IMG/VR virus record: IMGVR_UViG_3300036398_000221
Coordinates: 1 to 30,257 of that record
DNA: 30,257 bases
Strand: one strand, 5' to 3'
From: a virus
Taxonomy: Duplodnaviria; Caudoviricetes
Positions 15,901 to 22,700 of the stretch are shown piece by piece (within the stretch, counting starts at the first letter, position 1; every line of letters begins with the position of its first letter). Position numbers and translations under genes: made by a program. The notes under the pieces are model-generated. The model saw only the letters and a list, made by a program, of their open reading frames with translations, was not told the DNA's origin and made no database searches.

Positions 15901-17768
15901 AAAACGCTTTACAGCAAAAACCCCCAAGTGCTTTAAGAAAAACTTTAGGTAAAATTGGTTCTACTGTTGCTAAGCCTGTAACCGTTCCAGCAAAACTTTT
16001 AGCAAGAGCCGCCAAGATAGGTAAAAATTCTTGGGACGTAGGACAATCCAGTTTTAGATGGGCTGGAGATTTTGACTATTACGGCAGAACTACGCTGATG
16101 AGAGAAATTGCTAGTAGAACAATTGGAAAACTTGCAGAAAAGGTTAATCCAAAGGTAACAATGGGCTTAAAATTTGACCAATTTCACGCAGGGAAAGCCA
16201 AATCAATTTTAGATCTGATTTCTCCATTGCAAACATACATGAGGCCACTAGACGATACAACTATTGGTCTAAGATTTGGGCTTAAATATAGAAATATCCC
16301 GAAAAATATTTTAGAAAAAAACATAAAGCCTCCAGTAATGAAAGCATTAAGTTCTGCTACTGAACTAAAAAATTCAGTAAAAAATAAATTTACCACAATA
16401 AAAGACAAAATTACTCCAGATATATTGTCAACAGATAATCGTTTATTTAATTATCTTTATTCTAGTACTCCTGTTGGTGGATTGATCGCAAGAGGAGCAG
16501 CAGCAAGACTAGGTTTCAAAAAAACAGAAAAGGTTAATAAATCAGGCCTAGAACTTTCAATGGAAAAACTTTTAGAACAGGCTTTCTATCATGGAGGAAA
16601 TCTTCCAGGTAAAATAAAAAATAGATTCCCAGTTCCTAATCCCATGGATAACAGCAACTACGTTCCAGCAAATAGAACTTCAAATTGGTTTGCACATGAT
16701 TTTTTTGCAACAGTGGGCATTCCTCAAGCACAACAATATGCAATAACAAAAAATGCTGAGGGGATGGCAGAAGGAGCCTCTGATATATTTAGAACATTTT
16801 TTAATCTAGATAAATCAAAAACTTGGGATATGAGACCAGGATTCAAATCCCTGTATTCTCAAAATCCAGAGGCATACAGATTACTTGAGTCATACATAGC
16901 AAAAACAAGAGGCATTAAGGCTGCAAGGGAATTTTTACTGGGAGAGCGTGTTGCTGGAACAGCAATGGGTAAAATGGAAGGATTCGGTGGTACACCGTTT
17001 GAAAGAGGAACTCAAGGAGCAACACCTTTTACTGGTCTTAATCTTGGTGATGTTTTGGCTAAGACAGTTGATGGTGTACCGACAAGAGTTATAGATAGTA
17101 TAATTCATAAAGGTGGAATTGGTAATTGGGGACTTCCAGAAAACCCACACACAGTTATTGCAACTATGAATCCAAAAACAGTTACACAAAATTTAACAAA
17201 ACTTTTTCCAAGAGAACTTGTTGCCTCAACAATAGGTGCGCCAGAAGAAATGATACCAAGCATAATGGAAAGAATGCTAGATCAGGTTGCCAAAACAGGT
17301 AAAGCAACTCCACTTCTTGCTCAAGGACACGTGGGAAGAAGAGTAATATCAGGGCCTACAGATAGAATAGCCATGGCAAGTGGTGGACTAGTTCCAAGAT
17401 ATTTGTCTAATGGTGGATACGCAGTGGGAACAGATACCGTACCCGCAATGCTAACTCCTGGGGAGTTTGTTATAAACAGAATAGCAACCAAGAAGTTTGG
17501 TCCAATGCTTAATGACATTAATAATCTTCAGTATCCGTCCATGATGCAGGATCTAAGCCCTGCAACATATAAAAATACCAGATCTTCAACTGTTGTCCCT
17601 GCTGTTAATACCATGTCCACAAGTGTAAGCGACAACTCCAGAACCATGTATAATTATGGTATCAGCGTTAATGTTTCTAACTCTAATGCAAGCACAGATG
17701 ATATTGCAAGAGCAGTTATTACTCAAATTAGAAACATTGATGGTCAAAGAATTAGAGGGCAGAGATAA
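6993..17768 (+). CDS. Tail tape measure protein (3591 aa) with inserted enzymatic cargo domains (kinase-like, HNH-like, ADP-ribosyltransferase-like)
   Basis: Follows the chaperones. N-terminal TP901-type TMP core ('AFFLTAMKEGGINASEGANALKSGLASL'), Ala-rich helical and coiled-coil regions, hydrophobic segments near 8619-8730, 11200-11395 and 11950-12110, and a typical C-terminal 'YGISVNVS...DDIARAVITQI'. SD GAGGTG. Confidence 0.93.
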   Translation: MSDVNANIGVHIDTSSALAELKNLQRQLANFHASIAKTSAAATMAQKGLQNNLLNSINATGQFSATMGTVRSSTESFTHALESNKLSMREYFRYAGGSSKTFGRLFRQEFDTIGKVAEDRVKKMQTQYIKMGRDASGAIKAMAITPQTLNMNDYATKTALAAQKQALFNQVVRQGSTSLLNFGKNTQWAGRQLMVGFTIPLAYFGTTASKVFMDLEAQAIKFKRVYGDMFTTADETNKALAEVEKLAEGFTKYGVAVSKTMEMAAAAAAMGKTGADLTAQVSEATRLAVLGGVEQEQALETTISLTNAFGIAAEDLASKINFLNSVENQTVVSIEDLTIAIPKAGPVVQQLGGDVEDLAFFLTAMKEGGINASEGANALKSGLASLINPSTKASKMLAELGINIKAIVEGNDGNVRQTVIDFSKALDTLDPLNRARAIEQLFGKFQFSRLSTLFQNVTKEGTQASKVLKMAGASIEELAILSERELKTVENSVGVQFKSAVEELKLAIAPIGKTFLEAVTPIIKTIGGLLDKFNNLGDGTKKFIVIASTLVGIIGPTLLMTFGLLANGVANIIKLFLALRGGFLRLGGNSKILAEQTNYLNAEQLESATVAASLNQAHTRLTQSFTAETSAVRALRQAYIEATLAAANFARANPGMMMPGGAKVPKKFSRGATYVPGTGNKDTVPSMLTPGEAVIPKRVAQDPRFQPIIDAMVNGNLQGFSEGSVSVGSKSFKTSSQKTARDLEKTIAELISKGIPEEKIVRALERNIERGRPMNASQLKRRLSIGRGSSSGSSAPSSIRTLAKQSQSGFLQETEAVKKALKEQGVVLTPAQEKNLFNVQASHIDEARTGGVKEWKANNLVADLGYVNNYINTVKGKLGTDLLKMTDARLQELGIDRKELQKLQAGTHPTTADAAKTLRAVAQYDSIRNPASYQAKAVVAGLEHRSRTGFYAQPMKTLAETQPVSSRAERAIKSRVDLIEQEKNARAGNDSQQIMKQIDRDIRRSALGKQSPTNFGTQISPTTGHSFPVKGLGGVYQKPDGTLAFVKPVIDAKAALAEQRATIIARDVHGLDAPEQQIRTMLDPTDPTGKRKLIVLESPFDPRFDPSKMTGKFTKDQYFRQLVAANLRGDKDLGRGNLSGNVLADVGTAGVFEKASGKRDFAKTMPSMAEQAKINLLGVKGGAKRFFAESTLDIPRGMTADEYHSRMIKEIDKVLPKLRDTLSRLDLTPAEKTVYSGMVARLEEGRKVNWREFHKMHSSALVTKKEALQDKKTGDITAIKGKPKPKRAVSSSGKISDSVITQIPPGKTVVQKPKGFISSRIAGKFMLPGYAKAPTAAGATIGDISQSQRLSRAQILAATEKISLNQAKKKIAAEAKLIAAMKETTEAQKTTKEKLTNFSNKANLGMGAMSGLTIAASFAGGRLGEVANTLMPFVFGLQGIVLLLPLLANPWVAAIAAIAAVGGMMWKLARDVENARKEGVNLAKAMSMTSEKLQSLSSITGTVSATEAADRKRQNTLTGESAVQRKVGQNILGSDFGKGLLADIEKQAKSGQGIQEIGRNISTSLSYAIIQGVITTDQAKSIASALGEELKSYEIPAVISGRLVKLFGPNGENLATDPLKITLEIQEESMTRQADFFKTALEQSVSTITFTNLGNVVTGGVMAAIGGTMAVAGVPAFAAGGVPGVGLMASGTALTAAGTAKVASGFSDQNQRREVNANLGAAALQLGLEQVVLNNGLVDSLNKQYEIKLKMAQTDAEIKKIEDERAAAIDALNAKNTEALNLLISQKDAFGPEIFTKGINAAIDALYPTGPLKVFADEAKKELEGIKDADFKALLQVQFAGGALDPVTIMKLANNQELQSKFTVMVEQQGSEQANLVMQLLMKAGTDETNLPIFMDILNKDKKNFDKNLDAISVLANMQQKYGITIDVNDDGVTQIKEVVAVTDKLKGIKNEELSKEAFFDLGITGDMTGPDFDKLWTTLVGTANTINKKVVIDFVASQDKNVVDQYMAAMGITAPKGRLGAMLRKSLEPKAAAWNTGRQGKVTVDPDPTEETDVTTTGRNTVFDSILQDLKNTRNATINAMGGAKELMRILGGKKDIQLFNGIDQQLSKLGANSDFIDFVGGLENAVKEKIIKINKQGVVSYGEFGEAAKKAFDEKQLGAFSSKSAIAIKELQGQRSGFVALRAAGVETADAVEMVADATFMVSLAAQKNPEEIKRMTDEWKIMKREMDLTTAATNPQEYFNDQMAIAERQLSHQEEMARRTYEPQIEATEKLVKANNILIEQAQRKLELDATYGSRQIDKINAEIDALNRQIATGIDATIQALSEESAKLSEDQATIAKTVDAINEKYDLQEEALSKISDLNKDIIDEKKTQISLADALTRGDISAAAQAAEDMRSASASRALSSASDAISSARGFEVDAVTGSITGKNSSAITERQYQIDRETYRLGVERAKTEALIAAKQEEIYKIDLLRKPILAEITRLEDLNYNYLNNEIPLLRSKLDQELSAIDAQREKWTTAQLAIDSANLSTETFKGKLEKAESFVDSIAKLWGKITDKDVKITIQTIEEVIKQQASFVKAGTVTTQSGAVIAVDANGRAADGSVPISKSSETSGTTLVPVPNFTPYLDPPKNTLSPGDKGFVGPVAPEPPIVTPKATTNSARRLMPLERLALAKGGMVPNNFIAGEYAQGTDTVPAMLTPGEYVLRRDAVKKYGVKQLDAMNVGYYDKGGEVSKFASRPKYGIKSNPEEKGIGSFFKKSDRDKWTAESKYNSFLSTHARKLAERDKRIQEMLNKSPLTSWMGAEGLGTSGLLKSMTGQGTKSDKVMAALFPLNFMGMGKFTKEGSKAIKPVSSGVEELGSKILKDNLVTKISSMLPKISAPAGKFMGTLKKIINLPQTRRAEIIAAEAAEARKTAEAVEFLKNNPPASRPTGPGAPPSLWDGVDDSSGMPDDFWTSIDDAPVDPNSFFMQNALQQKPPSALRKTLGKIGSTVAKPVTVPAKLLARAAKIGKNSWDVGQSSFRWAGDFDYYGRTTLMREIASRTIGKLAEKVNPKVTMGLKFDQFHAGKAKSILDLISPLQTYMRPLDDTTIGLRFGLKYRNIPKNILEKNIKPPVMKALSSATELKNSVKNKFTTIKDKITPDILSTDNRLFNYLYSSTPVGGLIARGAAARLGFKKTEKVNKSGLELSMEKLLEQAFYHGGNLPGKIKNRFPVPNPMDNSNYVPANRTSNWFAHDFFATVGIPQAQQYAITKNAEGMAEGASDIFRTFFNLDKSKTWDMRPGFKSLYSQNPEAYRLLESYIAKTRGIKAAREFLLGERVAGTAMGKMEGFGGTPFERGTQGATPFTGLNLGDVLAKTVDGVPTRVIDSIIHKGGIGNWGLPENPHTVIATMNPKTVTQNLTKLFPRELVASTIGAPEEMIPSIMERMLDQVAKTGKATPLLAQGHVGRRVISGPTDRIAMASGGLVPRYLSNGGYAVGTDTVPAMLTPGEFVINRIATKKFGPMLNDINNLQYPSMMQDLSPATYKNTRSSTVVPAVNTMSTSVSDNSRTMYNYGISVNVSNSNASTDDIARAVITQIRNIDGQRIRGQR
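9036..9068 (+). repeat. TMP internal module copy 1 (DTVPSMLTPGE)
   Basis: GACACAGTTCCATCTATGCTTACTCCTGGAGAA, 29/33 nt identical to copy 2. Confidence 0.9.
15066..15098 (+). repeat. TMP internal module copy 2 (DTVPAMLTPGE)
   Basis: GATACAGTTCCAGCAATGCTTACTCCAGGAGAA. Peptide identical to copy 3. Confidence 0.9.
17433..17465 (+). repeat. TMP internal module copy 3 (DTVPAMLTPGE)
   Basis: GATACCGTACCCGCAATGCTAACTCCTGGGGAG. Same peptide as copy 2 with synonymous divergence. Confidence 0.9.
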
Positions 17769-18394
17769 TGGCTACATCATCATACATGAACCAAAGAAAG
17801 AGATACCAAAGACCACAAGGAATTTTATGGTCAGAAAATTCTGGAACACTAACAAATGGATTTTATGTACCTCAAGGCTATGAAGTTGGTGGGGCATATC
17901 CAGAAGGAACATCTTCAGACTTAATTGATCAATTTTTGGTGTTGTCAGATCACAATAGAAATGACATGTCCTTTAGTCCGCAAAGAATTGAGCAGCGTCA
18001 AAGAACCATTAATGGAAGAATGAGATCTTATCACATTGCAGATAAATTACAGATATCTGTTTCTTGGAATAACTTGCCATCAAGATCACATAATGCAAAT
18101 CCAAACTTTTCCGATGAAGATGGAGCAGCATCTGCTGCAGAGTATACTGCTGATGGCGGCGCAGGTGGTGGCGAACTACTTGACTGGTACGAAAACCACA
18201 AGGGTCCATTCTGGATGTTTTTAGCATACGATAAATATAAAAATTTTGAAACAAGTGAAAATCAATATGCACATCTTTCACAGTATAACCAGATACTTCA
18301 GGTTTATGTTTCTGATTTTAGTTATACAGTTGTAAAGCGTGGCGGAACAAACCATGATCTTTGGAACATAAATGTAAGTCTAGAAGAGGTTTAA
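17768..18394 (+). CDS. Distal tail protein (Dit-like)
   Basis: Immediately after the TMP with TAATG coupling. About 200 aa, with 'RTINGRMRSYHIADKLQISVSWNNL' and terminal 'WNINVSLEEV', as in Dit/lambda gpM-like proteins. Confidence 0.72.
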   Translation: MATSSYMNQRKRYQRPQGILWSENSGTLTNGFYVPQGYEVGGAYPEGTSSDLIDQFLVLSDHNRNDMSFSPQRIEQRQRTINGRMRSYHIADKLQISVSWNNLPSRSHNANPNFSDEDGAASAAEYTADGGAGGGELLDWYENHKGPFWMFLAYDKYKNFETSENQYAHLSQYNQILQVYVSDFSYTVVKRGGTNHDLWNINVSLEEV

Positions 18395-21300
18395 ATGTTT
18401 GTTAACGAAACACTAAAGACTCACTTTGAAACTTCATCAACAGTAAGACTTGAATCACTTGTTCTGGCTGAGTGGAACATGAATATGCCAGATAATATTT
18501 TTAAGATTGGCAACTATAGATATAGGCCACAAGAGCCAGGAAGTCAGTACCATACTCTTTTGCAAAGTTTTGACCAAAGTGATTCAGGAAATTATTACAC
18601 TGGGGCACTTGAATCTTATACTATAGTTAACAGCGGACTGACGGATCAAGATGTTCCACAAGCATTTCTTTCTACAAAAGAAAAAAATAAACTTTTTTAT
18701 TCTTTGCAAGATTGTTTAAATCCATTTAGACCGAGATCAGGAATAAATAAACCACTTTATTTTTCAGGTAAATACTTAGCAAACTCAGGGAAAAACATTG
18801 CAGAAAGACCAAGATACTACATGCCCTCTAGGTATGATCAATTTAAGTATTGGACTTCATACAGAACAGAGTCAAATAAGGAATACGGAATTTCTAACAC
18901 TAAAGTAGGAACAGAATTCTACATAGCAGACACAGCACCATTTGTTGTCTATAAAGAGGCTGTTCCCGCAAATAGAATTGTTGTTAAGATGCAAACAAAT
19001 ACTGGAACAGTTGATCTAGGTCCTTTTCAAACCCCCACTGCATCTTTGCCAGACCCTTTGTATGGGGACCAAAATAAAACAACTCCAATAAAATGGAAAA
19101 TTCAGTACCTAGACAACAATAACTGGGTTGACCTATATTCATTTGATCAGAATACCCTTAGAGATGATGGAACCGCTGCAATTAAATCAGACGGATACGT
19201 TGAACTTCAGTATGGTTTAGATGTTCCGGAAAAATATAAAGATATATTTGTTTATGCAGAGAGTTTATCTAGTGCGACTTTGCTTCCAGGTCTGTCTATA
19301 ACTGGATACACCTATCACGTTGTTGAAAATGATGGGGATGCAGGAACATTCTATATCTGGACTGGTTCAGAATATGAAACATTCCCAGCAACATACGGAT
19401 GGTCACTAGGCTCAGAGTCAATAAACAACAATATAGATTTTGTTACAGACTTTACTTCTCCATCTACCTACATTAACTATGAAAATGATTCAACTCTATA
19501 CAGAGAGTTTTTATATATTAAGGGTTTAAGAATTGTTGTTGATACGATGAATAAGTTTGACTCAACCTTTGATTTAATTGAAATGTCTCCAAGGCTTGTA
19601 GCAAATATATCAGATAAAGTTGTTGACTACAAAGTAACCAAGGTTCTTTCTGATGTTGGCTCAACGTCTTTGCCAGTTGGACAACTCCTTGCATCAACTG
19701 GAGAATTAAATTTATTTGACGATGATCAATCTTTTAATTATGAAAATCCATCAAGTATAATTTATAAGTATATTAGAAAAAATATTAAATTTAATTTTTA
19801 TGAAAACATTCTAGATGTTGATGGTTTTAACTATTATGTTCCAATAAAAACTTTATATTCGGATGGAATCCCACAAGCAAATAACACTGGGGCAAGCATA
19901 AGTATAGGTCTTCGTGACTTTTATTTTTATTTTGAATCAATGACTGCTCCAAGACTGTTGCTTACAAATGTTTCACTGAGTTATGCAATTTCTGTTTTAC
20001 TTGACTATGTTGGCTTTACTAACTATAGTTTTAAGAGATTAGAAAATGAAAGCGATCCAATAATTCCGTACTTTTTTGTTGCACCAGATCAAAATGTTGC
20101 AGAGGTCTTAAATCAACTTGCAGTATCTACTCAAAGCGCAATGTTCTTTGATGAGTTTAACAATTTTATTGTAATGAGTAAAAACTATATGATGCCATCC
20201 AGCACAGATAGACAAACAGATTTTGTGTTGTCTGGAACAAATAATCAATCTTCTAGCGGAATAATAAACAATCAGTCCTCTGGAAAACTTCCTAACATTT
20301 TACAGATATCATCAAAAGACAAAAACGTTTACAATGACGGACAGATAAACTATACAACTAGATATATCCAACGCTCTTATGGCTCAGTGCGCCAAGCAAG
20401 CCTTATAGACAAAGAGCAAACATGGATATACAAGCCTGTGCTTTTATGGGAAGTTGCTGGTACAGAACAGACAAAAACAGTAAACTCTGCTTCATCAAAC
20501 CAGAGCACCTACGTACTAGGAGCAATGCCGATTAATTCAGACTTATCTTCAAATCCTCCTCTTGTGGTAAACAATGCAATAACAAATAATATTTTTGATC
20601 TAGGAGAAAACGTTTTTTGGCTTACAAGATATAGAGGATATTTTTATTCTAATGGAGAAATCATTAAGTATGATGCGGCAGAATTTAATATAACTGGAAC
20701 TGGAAATGTTTGGATATCAGATAATCAAGAATATCAAAAATACTTTGCATCCTTACCATTTAACGGAAAGATATATCCTACTGGACTAGTTCGCATATAT
20801 TCAAAGCCTTATTATGAAATAGTAGAAGGAACCACAAAGTTAAAAAATGGAGAAGTTGAGTCTCACGGTAGAGGACAATTTGGTACAAAAATAACACAGC
20901 ACTCTGCTGGACTTCCATCGTATTGGTCAAATAATGATTATGTTCGTGCTTGTAGAATGAAGTCGCAATATTTATTTACAACGGAAATTAGTCCAACTTT
21001 GCCTGCTACAGAAACAGGAGCCGCAGGAGTAGATAACGTTATATCAAAACAAACTACTAGAAATGGCGTGATTAAAAACTTTATGGCAGTTTCAAATAAA
21101 ACAGAAACTGATGTAAACCTATTTCAGGCAACACAAACTGGAACAATTCAGTCTTCTGCCTTAGTGATAAACGGTCCATCGTTTAAAACAAATGAAATTC
21201 CACTGAACTATATTTCTTATGTTTACAAAAACCTTGATAGCGCATATAAACATTTTGGAACAAGATTACGTATTGTTGGAAAAATAGAAAATAACGTTGA

Positions 21301-22699
21301 TCGCTTTCAAACGCCAATTGGATCAACATCTTATTATCAGGTAAATCCTTCAACCCCTAATCAAAACCCAACAATTGGCGGTGGTTCTGGCGGACTAGCA
21401 GTAATGGTTAACCCTGAAACAAATAATGGATATTACTTTGAAGTTGTTGCATTAACTGAAAGTAACATTGAGTCATACTTAAATATTGATGAACAAGGAC
21501 AAAGTTCAATTTCAATTAACAATGTTGTTTTTTATAAGATTAAAAAAGAAACAGGAACCTCAGAAGCAATACCAGTAAAACTTTGGGGTGGTCTTGCAAG
21601 CATACTTGTCGATGATGGACGATTCACGGGACAGTACAGAATGACAGGACAAGAAAATCCAACGGTATATGACCTATCTATTGAGTACGAAAATATTGGC
21701 TCTACAAGAAGATTCTATCTTTACATTAACAATAAGTTAATTAGGGTGGTAGACGACACAGACCCTCTACCAATTTATAACAATATGGCACTGTTTACTC
21801 GTGGAGCATCACGCTGTATGTTTGAAAACATTTATGCAATATCTGAAAATTATTCACAAAATACTGTTTCAACAGTTGCAGAAAACATTTCAGATGTATT
21901 TGGCCAAGACCAAATTAATACCAGTGACTCCTTTAGAAAATATGCCATGAGCGGAGTTGTTCAGGCAACGTATCTTTCTGGTATAAGCGCACAACAACCA
22001 CCAAAATATAATATGTATTTTGAAGAGTTTGGCACAATAATGAGAGAATGCTCATACTTTAATATTAAGTATGATCGTGCATACCCAGCCCTATACGCTA
22101 AACTTTCTCCCACATTTAACAGAATCAAGGGATACACCCACTCTGGGTTTTATGCAGACTCTTACGGGGCAGAGTTTTTAGTTTTTAACTCTACAGATAA
22201 AGCATTAAGCCTAGACGAAACTAGTGGAAATTATTTAAGAATTCAAGGTGTAACATTTACACAAGATACAACTCATTCATTAACTGTAGATGAATATTAT
22301 AATAAAAGAGGAAATCTTGCAGACCCAGAATTAAAAGGAACAACTCTTGTGTATTCTCCATTAGTTGAACAAGAAAAATATGACAAAATTAAGTTAAGTA
22401 GGCTAACGTATGGAAAAAATGAGTTTACAATTGATACACCTTATATTCAGACAGAAGATGATGCCAATTCTTTAATGGGATGGATTACAGATAAATTAAT
22501 GACTCCTAAAAAATCAATAGGATTAAACATTTTTGCAATACCAACTATTCAACTTGGAGACATTGTTACAATTGATTACAAAGACAATAACAACATTGAC
22601 ATGGTTGCATCAGCAGATTCAAGGTTTGTTATTTATAACATAGAGTATTCAAGAGGATCAGATGGTCCATCCATGACGCTATATTTGAGTGAGGTGTAG
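18395..22699 (+). CDS. Large tail-tip / baseplate hub (central fibre) protein
   Basis: 1434 aa, beta-rich, after Dit. Hub-like segments ('VLNQLAVSTQSAMFFDEFNNF', C-terminal 'PTIQLGDIVTIDY') and a ConA/lectin-like stretch ('RFYLYINNKLIRVVDD'). Confidence 0.72.
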   Translation: MFVNETLKTHFETSSTVRLESLVLAEWNMNMPDNIFKIGNYRYRPQEPGSQYHTLLQSFDQSDSGNYYTGALESYTIVNSGLTDQDVPQAFLSTKEKNKLFYSLQDCLNPFRPRSGINKPLYFSGKYLANSGKNIAERPRYYMPSRYDQFKYWTSYRTESNKEYGISNTKVGTEFYIADTAPFVVYKEAVPANRIVVKMQTNTGTVDLGPFQTPTASLPDPLYGDQNKTTPIKWKIQYLDNNNWVDLYSFDQNTLRDDGTAAIKSDGYVELQYGLDVPEKYKDIFVYAESLSSATLLPGLSITGYTYHVVENDGDAGTFYIWTGSEYETFPATYGWSLGSESINNNIDFVTDFTSPSTYINYENDSTLYREFLYIKGLRIVVDTMNKFDSTFDLIEMSPRLVANISDKVVDYKVTKVLSDVGSTSLPVGQLLASTGELNLFDDDQSFNYENPSSIIYKYIRKNIKFNFYENILDVDGFNYYVPIKTLYSDGIPQANNTGASISIGLRDFYFYFESMTAPRLLLTNVSLSYAISVLLDYVGFTNYSFKRLENESDPIIPYFFVAPDQNVAEVLNQLAVSTQSAMFFDEFNNFIVMSKNYMMPSSTDRQTDFVLSGTNNQSSSGIINNQSSGKLPNILQISSKDKNVYNDGQINYTTRYIQRSYGSVRQASLIDKEQTWIYKPVLLWEVAGTEQTKTVNSASSNQSTYVLGAMPINSDLSSNPPLVVNNAITNNIFDLGENVFWLTRYRGYFYSNGEIIKYDAAEFNITGTGNVWISDNQEYQKYFASLPFNGKIYPTGLVRIYSKPYYEIVEGTTKLKNGEVESHGRGQFGTKITQHSAGLPSYWSNNDYVRACRMKSQYLFTTEISPTLPATETGAAGVDNVISKQTTRNGVIKNFMAVSNKTETDVNLFQATQTGTIQSSALVINGPSFKTNEIPLNYISYVYKNLDSAYKHFGTRLRIVGKIENNVDRFQTPIGSTSYYQVNPSTPNQNPTIGGGSGGLAVMVNPETNNGYYFEVVALTESNIESYLNIDEQGQSSISINNVVFYKIKKETGTSEAIPVKLWGGLASILVDDGRFTGQYRMTGQENPTVYDLSIEYENIGSTRRFYLYINNKLIRVVDDTDPLPIYNNMALFTRGASRCMFENIYAISENYSQNTVSTVAENISDVFGQDQINTSDSFRKYAMSGVVQATYLSGISAQQPPKYNMYFEEFGTIMRECSYFNIKYDRAYPALYAKLSPTFNRIKGYTHSGFYADSYGAEFLVFNSTDKALSLDETSGNYLRIQGVTFTQDTTHSLTVDEYYNKRGNLADPELKGTTLVYSPLVEQEKYDKIKLSRLTYGKNEFTIDTPYIQTEDDANSLMGWITDKLMTPKKSIGLNIFAIPTIQLGDIVTIDYKDNNNIDMVASADSRFVIYNIEYSRGSDGPSMTLYLSEV

Positions 22700-22700
22700 A

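Noticed and set aside
15167-16015. 282-aa antisense ORF within the TMP, plus the other minus-strand ORFs in the track
   Set aside because: They lie opposite long, well-supported + strand genes, lack SD sequences or recognisable motifs, and are expected shadows of codon bias.
9036-17465. The three DTVPAMLTPGE repeats as a DGR template/variable repeat pair, CRISPR repeats or intein boundaries
   Set aside because: Differences are mostly synonymous and not adenine-specific, there is no reverse transcriptase, spacing is kilobases and irregular, and there are no intein C/S...HN splice motifs.
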